DNA of 64,000 nt from Octopus bimaculoides (taxonomy: Eukaryota): assembly GCF_001194135.2 (NCBI RefSeq), contig NC_068993.1:22113798-22177797 (forward strand), given 5' to 3'. The notes beneath the pieces are model-generated. The model saw nothing but the letters and a program-made list of their open reading frames with translations. It did no database searches and had not been told where the DNA came from. Every line of letters begins with the position of its first letter. The stretch's first letter is position 1. Below are positions 13,011 through 25,379 of the stretch, one piece after another. The position numbers and the translations under genes were made by a program.

Positions 13011-13401
13011 TAAAACAATTATTTATTTATTTATTCAGGTATTTATTTATTTGGCGAGCTGGCATAACCATTAATGGATCGGACAAACTACTAAGAGGTA
13101 TATATTCGGTACTTCTGTTCTGTGTCAACTTTGCTTTCCAGTTTTGGGGGGTCGATAATACACAATAGCAGTTAAGTACTTGTGACAATGTAATCGATTT
13201 ACCCTTCCCATCCAAATTGTTCTCGAGCTAAAATTAGAATAACTTCTTATTAGTAGTAGTGGTAAATGTTTCAATATGATTGATATTTTTGCTTTTTAAT
13301 CAAGACTTATATAACATTTCCATATAATCAGTTTGATAAATTACAGTTTATCTTAAACTACACTCTATGATAAATTACTGTTTACTGAGTTTTGTAAATG
13401 G

Positions 13402-13414
13402 TCGCCATCTAGTG
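13402..13414. promoter_or_regulatory. Possible CTCF-type motif
   Basis: TCGCCATCTAGTG resembles the metazoan CTCF core GCGCCATCTAGTGG; single short motif only. Confidence 0.3.
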
Positions 13415-13854
13415 AGATAACTCATGTTTATACAACCACCTACAGACACATGCATACTTATATGCATTCATACAAATATCACAAAACAGGAAAGAGCACT
13501 CTCTTGAAATTACATCTACAAGCAATCAATAACACGGTCAAATTATGTAAAACATTCTAAAACGTTAGCATGTGTTTTTCTGAGTATATTAAATAATTTT
13601 AAATGGCTGTTGCTGAAATAGGCTAAAATTACGCTTTCGCATATATACCTCTATGGATTTATCTTTGGAGCACAGCGTGTTACTTATCAAATGACAAATT
13701 ATTTAAAGATAATAAAAAGAATAGTGAATATATTTACTCGATGTTGAGAAAATAATGAAAAAGTATTTAGTTACTCATGATTTTAATAAAAAAATGTACA
13801 AGTTCGTTATTTTTGAAAACATCGTTTTATCATCGCTGTATCTCATATTTATGT

Positions 13855-13901
<47 letters not shown>

Positions 13902-13964
13902 GTNNNNNNNNNNCTCAGGCCGTGTGTATGTGTCTTTTTCTTTTTGCATGTAGACATTCAAATA

Positions 13965-14136
13965 GAGGCAGGTGTGGCTGTGTGGTTCTGCGGTGAGATG
14001 TTTCCTTCTCATCCACATGGTTCCGGGTTCAGTCCCACTGCGTGAAAAATAGGTCAAGTGTTTTCTACTACGTCCTTGGGCCGACCAAAGCCTTGTGAGT
14101 GGATTTGGTAGACAGAAACTGAAAGAAGCCCATTGT
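13965..14136 (+). mobile_element. Second tRNA-derived SINE family (CORE-like)
   Basis: A box tggctgtgtgg, B box ggttcagtcc, CORE-like ggtcaagtgttttctact, tail gccttgtgagtggatttggtagacagaaactgaaagaagccc. Confidence 0.75.
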
Positions 14137-14689
14137 AAAGAGCCATCAGTAAAGAGTCATATCTTTTTTATCACAATATATAGACCCCTTTTGAATGCGT
14201 CCACCACAAATGACACTATTACAAGGGCCTTAGAATAATATCCACGCAAGTATTAAAAACGATATATTCAGAACAGTCACTGCCCATGAATTTATTCAGA
14301 ACAATTCCAATCACTACTATTACAACCACAACGGGTCACTTTTAAGTCACCTGATCATTTAAGAGGATTCCACCTACTACTGTCATACCACTCCCGCATT
14401 TTTTAATATTTTTCTCTCCTTTTCCAACTACCTCTTCTTCTTCTTCTTCTTCTTCTTCTTCTTCTTCTTCTTCTTCTTCTTCTTCTTCTTCGTCATCGTC
14501 GTCGTCGTCGCCTCCTTTCTCAGCTAATATTGCTGCTTGAATAATCAAAAACCAAGAACTCATATTAAGACCACTACTACCTGCTACCTGCTACCAAGAT
14601 CTCACATGAGTAAAAGAGAGAGACAGACAAAAAAAAGGAAACTGTCCCTTGCATTTGAAAACTATGGAAATATTATTTTAAAACATTTC

Positions 14690-15366
14690 NNNNNNNNNNN
14701 NNNNNNNNNNNNNNNNNNNNNNNNNNNNNNNNNNNNNNNNNNNNNNNNNNNNNNNNNNNNNNNNNNNNNNNNNNNNNNNNNNNNNNNNNNNNNNNNNNNN
14801 NNNNNNNNNNNNNNNNNNNNNNNNNNNNNNNNNNNNNNNNNNNNNNNNNNNNNNNNNNNNNNNNNNNNNNNNNNNNNNNNNNNNNNNNNNNNNNNNNNNN
14901 NNNNNNNNNNNNNNNNNNNNNNNNNNNNNNNNNNNNNNNNNNNNNNNNNNNNNNNNNNNNNNNNNNNNNNNNNNNNNNNNNNNNNNNNNNNNNNNNNNNN
15001 NNNNNNNNNNNNNNNNNNNNNNNNNNNNNNNNNNNNNNNNNNNNNNNNNNNNNNNNNNNNNNNNNNNNNNNNNNNNNNNNNNNNNNNNNNNNNNNNNNNN
15101 NNNNNNNNNNNNNNNNNNNNNNNNNNNNNNNNNNNNNNNNNNNNNNNNNNNNNNNNNNNNNNNNNNNNNNNNNNNNNNNNNNNNNNNNNNNNNNNNNNNN
15201 NNNNNNNNNNNNNNNNNNNNNNNNNNNNNNNNNNNNNNNNNNNNNNNNNNNNNNNNNNNNNNNNNNNNNNNNNNNNNNNNNNNNNNNNNNNNNNNNNNNN
15301 NNNNNNNNNNNNNNNNNNNNNNNNNNNNNNNNNNNNNNNNNNNNNNNNNNNNNNNNNNNNNNNNNN
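14690..15366. other. Assembly gap (long ORFs spanning it are artefacts)
   Basis: Run of N. Confidence 0.99.
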
Positions 15367-15386
15367 TAGATAGATAGATAGATAGG

Positions 15387-15456
<70 letters not shown>

Positions 15457-15989
15457 CATGGAGAGAGAGAGGGAGAGAGAGGGAGAGCGAAAAAGAAATG
15501 TAGCTAGTAAGAACATCTCAATAAGTGATGAAAGTAGTAACTTACTAAGAAGTAATTTTTATCGCCACATCAATATGGCTGTTCGACGTTACTACCGTTT
15601 AACACCAGGCAGATCCTCCGCCAGTTGGTTACTGGTGCAGCCTGCACCCTGTATATATTGCAAACAGGGCAGTGAACCCCCACCATCCTCTAGCAGAGAA
15701 TTGGATCACGAGACCGAACACTTTCGAGCTACTTGTACCCATTTACAGTCGTGAACACCCGGCCGCTAGACATAGCAGAGATTCGTCCCAGTTCGCAAAA
15801 TACAGAAAAATTAGCGACCATCGATCACTGATATTGCAACATACAAAGTAGCTAGTTAGAATAATCTTAATAAGAGAAAAATCTCGTGACTCTCATCCAC
15901 GACCAAAATGCAAAATTCTATTAATTATTCTATGAATAATTATCCTTTGTATTCATCTCTATTCCACTAGCTCTCAATATTCATCTCTT

Positions 15990-16185
15990 AAGAGACGGCG
16001 AGCTGGCAGAACTGCAATTCCGGGCAAAATTCATTGCAGTATTTCGTCCGCTCTGAGTTCTGAGTTCAAATTACACAGATGTCGACTTTCACTTTCACTC
16101 TTTGGCGCTCGATAAAAATAAGTACCAGTTGAATTATCCCTTCTCTAGAAAATGATGGCCTTGTGCCAAAATCTAAAACCAACAT
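15990..16185 (+). mobile_element. SINE family A, degenerate
   Basis: gacggcgagctggcagaac..gagttcaaattac..gtcgactttc..cgataaaaataagtaccagttg..ggccttgtgccaaaat. Confidence 0.8.
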
Positions 16186-17142
16186 TCATCATTTTGAACT
16201 AAAGTAAACATTTAAAACTTATCTGCTAACACGAAACTCAAACTTTACTGTGATGAATTTCATACTCATTTTACGAAATATTTCTCATTAATATGGAAAG
16301 TAAAAATATTTTCCGGCCTGAAAGGGTGCCAAAGAAAGAGAAGAACCTCAATAATGCTACCGCAATTTTTGATCAGCCGCATCTCTGCAATAACGCAGGA
16401 TAAATGGATACGAAATGGTTTCGGAGGAATGAATAAATTTACACATGTGATCAAAACTTCTAACTTCAATGGGCGCACCAAAGGAGAGGTATCAATTATA
16501 CAAAGAATTTCACACAGACCTGTAGATGTTCCCGTTTGGTTTAAGATATTTCCGTTTCCAAAATATCTAAGCTTTCCTATATCAATCATTACATCCCGAG
16601 TGTTAATATTGACAGTTGCTGAATTGAATTTTGAGAAATAATGCTTTGCTAATTACCTGTTATGTGTGGGATGTTCAATAGTTGGAAGCCCTCATAATCT
16701 CACTTTATATCACAGAACTTAAAACTAAAAATATTGAGTATCCTAAAGTGCTGACATGACAATGTTCCCAAACTAAGAAGGCTATGACAGATCTAGATTT
16801 AATGAACAGGAGCTCATCACAACATTTGATATCATTTTTTTATCACTAAACAAATTACCATTTCTGCATATGAATAGGTGGGCCAGTCGTGATCACATTT
16901 GTTTTCATGCTTCATAAAACTGATATAATTTCTAATGTTTGTATAACACCTGGCATTCTGATTTCTAAACGTGTTTCATTTGAGCAGTTAAAAGATTTCG
17001 TCAATGAATGATAATATATTTAGTTCAATAATGTGGAATATAAGTTTTTACGTATACTTAATTCTGTAATCATAATTGATATGCTTTAATTAGATACACG
17101 ATGTTAATATGTACTATCAATATCGGTTTCAAATTTTGGTTC

Positions 17143-17305
17143 AAATCCAGAAATTTCGGTTGAGTGGGTACTTATTTTTATCAAATCCGAAAGTATGAAA
17201 TATAAAGTCATCCTTGGAGGTATTTGAACTGAGAACTACAAATCGGAAGAAATGCTAAGAAGCATTTTTCCCGACACACTAATGATTCTTCAAACTCACC
17301 GCCCT
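17143..17305 (-). mobile_element. SINE family A, degenerate
   Basis: ggtacttattttatc..atttgaactgagaac..aagcatttttcccgacacactaatgattcttcaaactcaccgccc. Confidence 0.7.
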
Positions 17306-17499
17306 TCGTGACATATGCTATCAATTTTGAGACCTACGGGCAGCAGAATGAGTATATTACACTCTTTTACAAGTACTGGAAGACACTTTTATTGGTTGCG
17401 TGCAGAATAATTTTCCAGCACAAATGAAATAGTATTCTATTTAAAAGAAGAAAATTATACGCTTTCCTTAAATCAATTCTGGGTTATTTCGTACCACTT

Positions 17500-18017
17500 C
17501 ACAAACTGGGCATTGATGTGGTCGAAGAAATTCTCGAGTGATTGCATACAACCCTTCTGATGTCACCCCTGTGTTTGAGACTAAGAACCCTGCCTCTGTT
17601 ATGATATTTGGAGTCGTGGCAAGTAATGGAAGTGTCATGGGTCCATACTTCATTGAGTCTGGCATGAAGATCGTCACAGATGTTTATCTGGACGTCTTGA
17701 AGAACTCTCAGTTACCTTGGACAGAGCTGAAGTTTGGACTTGATAATGTGGTGCTTATCCAGGGTACTGCACCAGGCCATGGGTCAAAAGCAACACAGGC
17801 CTTCCTTGGTGAGAAGGTGCCATTTATTGTGAGGGCTAACATCTGGCCCACTAATAGCCCAGATCTCAAACTTTCCGATTACTTTTTATGGGGTGTACTT
17901 CAAGCAAGGACCAATGCTTATCCACACTCTAGTGTCAAGAATTTGAAGACCTGTATCGTGTGTGCGACACGCAAAATCCATAGGGCGGCCATATTGAATG
18001 ATAAATGTTTTTGTTGA
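17500..18017 (+). mobile_element. maT/DD37D-type transposase DDD-domain fragment
   Basis: KNPASVMIFGVVASNGSVMGPYFIESG..YLDVLK..VLIQGTAPGH-SKATQAFL..IWPTNSPDLKLSDYFLWGVLQ (WPxNSPDLNPLDY motif). Confidence 0.9.
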
Positions 18018-18729
18018 TACATTAAAATGTTACATTAAAATTATATATGTCTACTACCATTATTTTAGTATTTATAATCAGTTGTGTGCATCGTTAAAAT
18101 TGTCTCAGTTTATCTGCAAGAACCTGTATATATATATATATCTATATATATATATATATATTAGGGATAAAAANNNNNNNNNNAATAAAATCAATTAAAA
18201 TTAGATTAATTTTCACAGTATAAAATATATATATATAGTTTTAGGGAAAAGAACCTAGGTTCATGAACTCATCGATGAAAATCCACTGTCACATATAGAA
18301 AAATTAATAAACAAAAACACAATAAATAAGTATAATATAATACAAAGTAAATATCATAAGATAATTATAATAAAACGACTACACGTGTTTCATAACCAAT
18401 TTTCAAATAGAAAGAAAATTTCAATCGATCAAAATCGATTAAAACTATCGAAAATCAATTCTATTCAAAAATATACCTCATCTTCAGGTTAAATACAACA
18501 ATAATAATAATAAAAGAATGTATATATCAACCAACAATAAATAACAAATGAATGTATATAAAAAAATACTTATTATATTAAGATATAAAAATATTATTAA
18601 AAATATCAAAATTAGAAACATTCCATAATCAACCCCACGTCCATTATAGTATGAGCTAACAGGAATATTATATGCAAAAACCAACTTTAACGAATTTTTC
18701 GTTCAAAATACAATTTGAACGAAGTTTTA

Positions 18730-19026
18730 GGTTAAATAATAAAGATAGAATTAGCATCTATCTAAACGATACTATAGTTTAAGCTAGAAGATTTTAGGCT
18801 AAAGTTATATATGTTTTAGACTTAAGTTATATAAAGTTTAATCTTTCATTCATAATAAAATTTTCATTCATAATAAAATGTTCATTCATATTTTTATTTC
18901 TATTCCTTTTCTTCACGCAATATTTTTACTAGACTTCTTTTAAATAAACGTTTTTAGTCTAAAATCTTCTAGCTTAAACTATTGCATCGTTTAGATAGGT
19001 GCTAATTCTATCTTTATTATTTAACC
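18730..19026. mobile_element. Foldback MITE with ~75 bp terminal inverted repeats and TA target duplication
   Basis: TA|ggttaaataataaagatagaattagcatctatctaaacgat..gctagaagattttag and its reverse complement ending tttaacc|TA; three ~18 bp internal tandem units ttcattcataataaaat. Confidence 0.8.
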
Positions 19027-19559
19027 TACTGGCATCTCAGACATCGAAAATAGAAAACTCTAATGCTAATTGTGGTAAAACAATCTTCTGCTGAGTGTTC
19101 TAAACATTCGTGTCGAGAGGAGCCTTACAATGCACCGCAGCAACTAACATCACTGTTGCGATCGCAAAGTGGAGCAACAGTTGAGCAACAGTTGAGCAAC
19201 AGTCGAGCAACAGCTGCAGCAACACATTTATCCAAAACAACTCAGTGACTTGAATGAACGTTTGCATTGAAACGGGAGGTGAACAACCAGATATATAGAA
19301 AGATTCCTGCGAATATATAGATTATAGATATATAAAAATATTCCTGCGAACAACAAGCATATTAATGTTTGGGGGCTATTTGAAAGACATCTTGGAGATA
19401 CACAGGGATTGTATAGTACAAAATCCTCACAAATCTTCTCAAGCATTTCCAACCTCAATGACAGATTTCACTAATGTCCCGATGTGAATTCGTCAAATCG
19501 CAGCGGGTCATCTAAGTCATACTTAGATAATCGTCGGGTTAAATAAGTTACCATAATTT

Positions 19560-20200
19560 TTCTCTAATAGTTGGCTATGTGGACCATACATTCGTGGCGT
19601 TACATTCAACTTAGAACAGATCAACAAATAGTAAGGCCTGGAAGCATCCTTCGTAGCTCTGAAAAGTTTGAGTGTCAGGATTAGCCAACTATTCAAACGT
19701 TGTTTCTCGTAGTCCTTCCTTAGCAACAAGTGATGGGTTTTGATAAAAACGAACATCTTTTATCGACGTTTAGTGCAAAATATGGAGCTTACATTGCACG
19801 TTCTAGGGACTGTTCGGAAAAACACGAAGGCATGAAACCCATTGGAATGGCACGAAAGGTGTGGCAGCCTAGCAACAAATCCTCTGTCCGGATTCTGATG
19901 GTTATGGAAGACACTTTCTGCACGAATCCAAGCAGATATATGTAATTTTCCAGGAGCACTTGCACAATTGGTCGAGCGAAATACTCAACAGCGTACATCA
20001 TACATTCCAACCAGCGGTCATCTCGTACAACAGTCACTGCTGCTGCTCTTCACGCTATTGTTAGTATTTCTGATGCTAATGGTGATGTAGTTATTGTTGC
20101 AGTTGTTGGGGTTGTTGAGATTGCAGTGTTGGCAGTAGGGGAAGATTTCTTTCAGCAACCGCTTTCTGTTTCTGTCATTATTGCGTGCAGAAAGCATTTC
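19560..20200 (-). mobile_element. Degenerate Gypsy-type gag-like fragment (tentative)
   Basis: Thr-rich stretch then SAWIRAESVFHNH and FSELRRML, resembling the WFxxAESxF ... PSELLRRM pattern of Gypsy gag; multiple stops. Confidence 0.35.
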
Positions 20201-20654
20201 ACTGCCTACCAAATGGCTGATTCCAACTGTACGTTTATGATTTTTATTCTGATCACATTCCGTATGAGGTAAACCAAAATATCAGTATAAATTCCTTATT
20301 TTACATGAGACGATAGAGTGTTTCTGCGCTCCAAGTGAAAATTTTGCCATACACAGTTATACCGGTTGTCATTAATCATAAAGTCTCTGTCTCTTTCAAT
20401 ATTTTTCAGACATAGTTCTGTTTGTTCCGGGGAGATTTGCTTCTGTCTAAATATTTTCAAAAACATTTCTATCACCATTTGTTTGTCTTTCCTCTACCCC
20501 CACCCTAAGCTACTTTGGATCATTGGAGCTGTTTGTGTTTTCTGATTTCTGAATGAGACTAAATTGAATGTTTTGACTGCATATGAGCAGAAATGCGTTC
20601 AGCTTTATAACAGTAGTGATTACAACAACAACAACTACTACTACTACTACGAAA

Positions 20655-20692
<38 letters not shown>

Positions 20693-20697
20693 CAACA

Positions 20698-21131
20698 GTC
20701 CTTTGTACTATCGGCACACAGTCTAAAATTTGAGGGGAGGGGGTCTAGTCGATTACATCGACCGCAGTGCGTAACTGGTACTTATTTCATAGACCTCCAA
20801 AGATGAAAGGCAAAGTCAACCTCTGCGGAATTTGAACACAGCAAAGTAAGGACGGACGAAACGCTGCTAAGCATTTTGTCCAGTGTGCTAACGATTCTGC
20901 CAGCTCCTCGCCTGTATCAGCTTCCCAATTTTGGCACAAGGTCAGCGATATCGGGAGAGGGGATAAATCGATTACATCCCCAATACTGAACTGCTAACTA
21001 TTTTATCGACCCCGAAAGGATGAAGGGGAAAAGTCGACCACGGCGGAATTTGAACACAGAACGCAAAGACAGACGAAATACTGCTAAGCATTTTTCTCGA
21101 TGTGCTAAGGATTCTGACACTTCACTACCTT
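20698..21131 (-). mobile_element. Two tandem SINE family A copies (20698-20913, 20925-21131)
   Basis: Both show gtcgattacatc..tttatcgaccccgaaaggatgaa..ggaatttgaac..gctaagcattt..tgctaacgattctg; (TAA)n on both sides. Confidence 0.85.
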
Positions 21132-21144
21132 AATAATAATAATG

Positions 21145-21239
<95 letters not shown>

Positions 21240-21301
21240 AAGAAGAAGAAGAAGAAGAAGAAGAAGAAGAAGAAGAAGAAGAAGAAGAAGAAGAAGAAGA
21301 A
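21131..21301. repeat. Compound (TAA)n(GAA)n microsatellite
   Basis: Direct inspection. Confidence 0.98.
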
Positions 21302-21311
21302 NNNNNNNNNN

Positions 21312-22891
21312 AGGAATGATAAAAAAAAAAAGTACTGAAACCTATTTGAAAACGATACTAGGCTTACTATCCCTACAGGAAGTGCAAAAAAATCGTGTTA
21401 ACTGGAACAACTCATGTACTGAGAAGAGCATTATCGCTGTGAAAACAAGATCCATTCATGAATTTATTTATTTATTAATATTTTTAAATTCATATTTTAC
21501 CTGTGAATTTGCGTGTGTAAACTGGGAATGCATACAATGAACTTCTCTGCCCTAGGTGTACGGAAAACACTCGGCAAGAAATGGAAGAAAATTTGAAGAA
21601 AGAAGAAGAAAAAACAACATAATAATGATAATAACAACAACTATGACGATTTAAAGTGTGAAATACTAAGGTTGTGGTGAATGAAGAGACGTGATACCAA
21701 TATTAATTATCGGATTTGGAAGTTACCATAGGATCAGACACCTATCTGAAGTACACCAATGACTGGATGCCTAAACTTTTTAGTAAACATGAACATACCA
21801 AGAAACTGTACTCAATATTAGAAGAAGCACATAAATATGTAAAGTAATTGAAAATTACTGAGACTGACGTGCAGCTAGGCGAAACAGAAGAACCCAATAT
21901 GATAGTGAAGTAAACAAAAACACAAGCCAGATCTAATCGAATTGCGGAATAGAAGGAAAATTAAGACACTGCATGGCAAATACCCAGAGTCGTCTAAGCA
22001 GCATTATAGGTCCCTTCTAAATTAATGCACTGGGTCCTATAGTATTTATTTATTGAAAGCAATCCTTAGTATACATAAATCAGAATCGGTTCCCTAGATG
22101 TATGAAGTCCCTAGACAACTGCCCTGATGGCTCTGTAAATATCATACAAAGGCCAGCAATCTTGATGTTGATAGAAATATGATCCATTAATGGTTGGCTG
22201 CAGAAATAGCGAGCTTCATTATCGCAGCCCAATATTGAGCAGGTTCTTAACTCTTCAATTCTGGTCTCCTTTCTATACAGTGTATCATTGCTAATCATAA
22301 ATAACATACATAGTAAAACGTGAAACTTGCTGTTACTTGAGATCACTTGGTAAGACGAGGATCATCTCGTATAAAGCAAAGCAACAACAACAACAGCATA
22401 AACAATAATAATAATAATAAAAAAGTAATGTAAGTTTTAACCGCAGTAAGGTATACATCAAGACATGACAGAGTTGGCTAATATTTACATTGGTTAATAT
22501 GTCGGTAATATTAAAGCAAAACTGTGGACAAGTGGTCTAAGTATCACAATGAGGTTGTACACGAGGGAAACACGTAATAGTTGTTTGCGACTTTTCAGTA
22601 CATATAGATAGAACCATCAAATTTAATAAAGCGGAAATTGTTGTAAAAGATACTTGAGTGTCCTTTGTGATCATGATACTTCGGTAAAAGAATTTGGGAA
22701 GCTCCTTGAATACAAAGATTTACTCAATGAAATCGGAAAAAAAGGTGATATGTCAAGGCGCTCAAGGAATTATCAAAAAAGGAACTGAGAATTATTTGAG
22801 AATGAACATTGGTTTACTATCTCTACATGAAGTACAAAAGGTTGTTTTAACTGGTATGTCACAGCTATTCAGAAGAGCATTGTCACTGTGA
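21312..22891 (+). mobile_element. Decayed R4/Dong-type LINE pieces: an isolated 3' end at ~21340-21450 and a longer post-RT/RLE copy at ~21690-22891
   Basis: GLLSLQEVQK..GTTHVLRRALSL; LHGKYP; VDRNMIH*WLAAEIASFIIAAQ; RHDRVG; KLLEYKDLLNEIG..GLLSLHEVQKVVLTGMSQLFRRALSL*. Confidence 0.8.
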
Positions 22892-23449
22892 GAACGATTA
22901 CTTTCCATATAAATAAATGTTTCCACATAACTTTATTTGACTTTGGTAAATGAACAGTCTAGTTGTTTATTTTAATGGTCAATCTACGTAAACAGTGAGT
23001 TTCTTTGTCCTGGGTGTCGGGAAAATACGTGACAAGAAATGAAAACAAAATTGAAAGAAGAAAACCTCATAGTACTTATGATAATAATTAAGAAAAACTT
23101 CCAGCTGCGTAATCTACTGAAAATTGTATATGCGACCATTTTAGAGAACCTATTGAAAATTGTTGAAAAATACCATGGGGGAGAATCAATAATATTTTAT
23201 GAATCCAGTCAAGTTCGAAATATAAAAACAAAAGACAAGAAAACATACACCAAAGCTAAACTTTGTTTAGGCCGACTAACCTACCCTGAGTTGCGTAGTC
23301 AAATTTACCATAAAACTGAAACTACTGAGAACATAAAAGCAATTATACTATTATTTGCAAATGGTCAAGTGGTTAAAACACTGTGAGTGAAACTATTTAA
23401 ATATTTTATGAATCCAGTCAAGGTATAAAAATGAGAAGGAAATACAATA

Positions 23450-25345
23450 TATGTTTAGAAAATCTACTAAAATTGTTAATGAATTTAACGAAATATAATA
23501 TTGGATATAGGCAATACGCAGTTGGTGACTGTTTGAAATTACCTTATCGATAAATGTGAGAATGAATTAGACAATTCTCTTTTCTTTATTAAAAACGGTA
23601 CAATATTACCAATCATTTCTGCCTACCAGACTTAATTACGGTAGAGAATCAGGAGTCTTTAATATAACTAATTCTATATAGAACTTACTTTGTCTAATAA
23701 AATAGATAATACGAGTACTTAAGGAAGGCTACAGACAACTGCAAGAAAGAATGCCAGATTTATTTTCGTTGCATTACTTTCTCAAATTTTACCATACCGT
23801 GCATGGCTTAATCTTTAGCACATTTACTTCTAAATCACAAAATTTTTGGTAGGTAAAAGTGTCAGCTCAAGCTATGTATGTGAAGTTGTGTAGATGGAGT
23901 TTGGAAATATTTTTATGGACATACTTGCATCTGAAAGATCTAACTTTCCCCCATGCTATGTCATAATAATTCTCCCTGAGAATTTTGTCAATAATACACG
24001 TTTCTGTAGAACACTCAACTATTTCATACGTTAATTCTAAGAATACGTCATTCGGTTGATCAAGCAACATCAGAATTGAAGGGCATATTAAACAATGTAG
24101 TCGTAGAAATACAAAAATATGTATCTGATCGTAATTGAATAATTGAATCGTTTTTTATTATAGGTTTGCTCGGTCAGGGCTGACAGAGATGAAAGTTGCT
24201 ACAAAAGAATATGCTTTAGCCCTTGGACATATGGTTGCACTCATAGCCAATCATACTTCATCAGCTCTTAATAATTCTTCCCAAGACTCGTTCTATCGAA
24301 AGACTTTTGCATCTTCGTGTGTTAACCAACCTCATGTTTTACGTCAATGAAAAAGGAAAGTGCGATTTTCATCGCAAGCACATCGGTCAACGTGTCTCTC
24401 ATCGATTAACTGGACTCATTATAATCATATATTCTCTAACATTACTTCTGTGCAATTTTGCTGAGTCTACTCTCTTGGCTCTTTTCAAACACGTTCCTCA
24501 GTAGTTGCTGGAAATCACACGGTGAATTCTCACATAATTCGGTTGTTGTAGATTCTTGCGCACCAGGAATGCACACTGAATCGACGCGTTCAGCGTCCAG
24601 TAACAAGGCCCTTTTGTATGTGTCCTGTCTCGGTTCACCATATAGATAGCAAACGTTTGATTTCTGTAGATGACCAGATGAAATTCTGAGCATCCTAAGC
24701 TACATCTATCCACTGACCTTACAAATGCTGTATCTCGTATACAGCATTACCAATCAAAATGATGCGATATCATTCCAATTCAAAATGCAAGTTGGAAGGC
24801 TGAAACTGCTTGAGTAGACTTACAAGGTTTTCACACTCAGTTATCGGGTTTTTCCAAGTGATCTCAGCGTACATCCAAGATGTCAGTCCAGTCTTTCATT
24901 TTACAAAATACTGGGACGTTTCCAAGATTGCTTATGAATCATGAAAAGTATGGATGTCATTCTCAATGCACCATCATCACTGTGGTTCATGACCAGGAAT
25001 ACCTTTTTATCATCCTTGTCAAAGTAGATCGGCTGTACTTCCGACACCAGACCTGTTTAAAACATTATCACTCTGTTCGATTCGAATCGATTAAAAGTGC
25101 CACACTTCTCTGTCGTAGAGAGAGAAAACGGGTCACACGTCGCGGAAATCCCGGTCCGTCTGAGGTCACATCTAAATCCAGTTACCTGAAGTCTTTAAAC
25201 AATTCATCCTGTTTAAGGCCTTTTCAAGTTATGCGCACTTATGCAACCGACTTTCATTGCCGTCCTATCGATCAGAGATTAAATTGATACACGAGAAATC
25301 TACAAACCATTGCGGTGCAAGATTTTCATATGACATGGAACATTT
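23450..25345 (-). pseudogene. Decayed intronless ORF of unknown protein (~600 codons), left copy of a head-to-head pair
   Basis: Reconstructable across frameshifts and stops: GNESRLHKCA..KQDELFKDFR-LDLDVT..FPRRVT..LVSEVQPIYFDKDDKKVFLVMNHSDDGA..LTSWMYAEITWKNP..GQWIDVA..ESWEELLRADEV..FLRLHCLICPSILMLLDQPNDVFLELTYEIVECSTETC; colinear with the right copy. Confidence 0.7.
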
Positions 25346-25379
25346 AAATTTAAATAGCAAGTATAATTTAGAGAAACCT

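Noticed and set aside
15560-15800. GC-richer stretch with ORF tail MAVRRYYRLTPGRSSASW..
   Set aside because: The ORF begins in a microsatellite; no splice or homology support.
16520-16600. YFGNGNIL resembling Cys-loop or chemotactile receptor beta strands
   Set aside because: No Cys-x13-Cys loop or FPFD-like motif; similarity too weak to name.
24442-24693. KSNVCYLYGEP resembling a parvoviral SF3 helicase Walker A region
   Set aside because: No GKS/T follows, and comparison with the right arm shows the conserved frame shifts here; the resemblance is probably chance.
24880-25287. 135 aa plus-strand ORF in the left palindrome arm
   Set aside because: Antisense to the frame showing synonymous conservation between arms; likely a shadow ORF.
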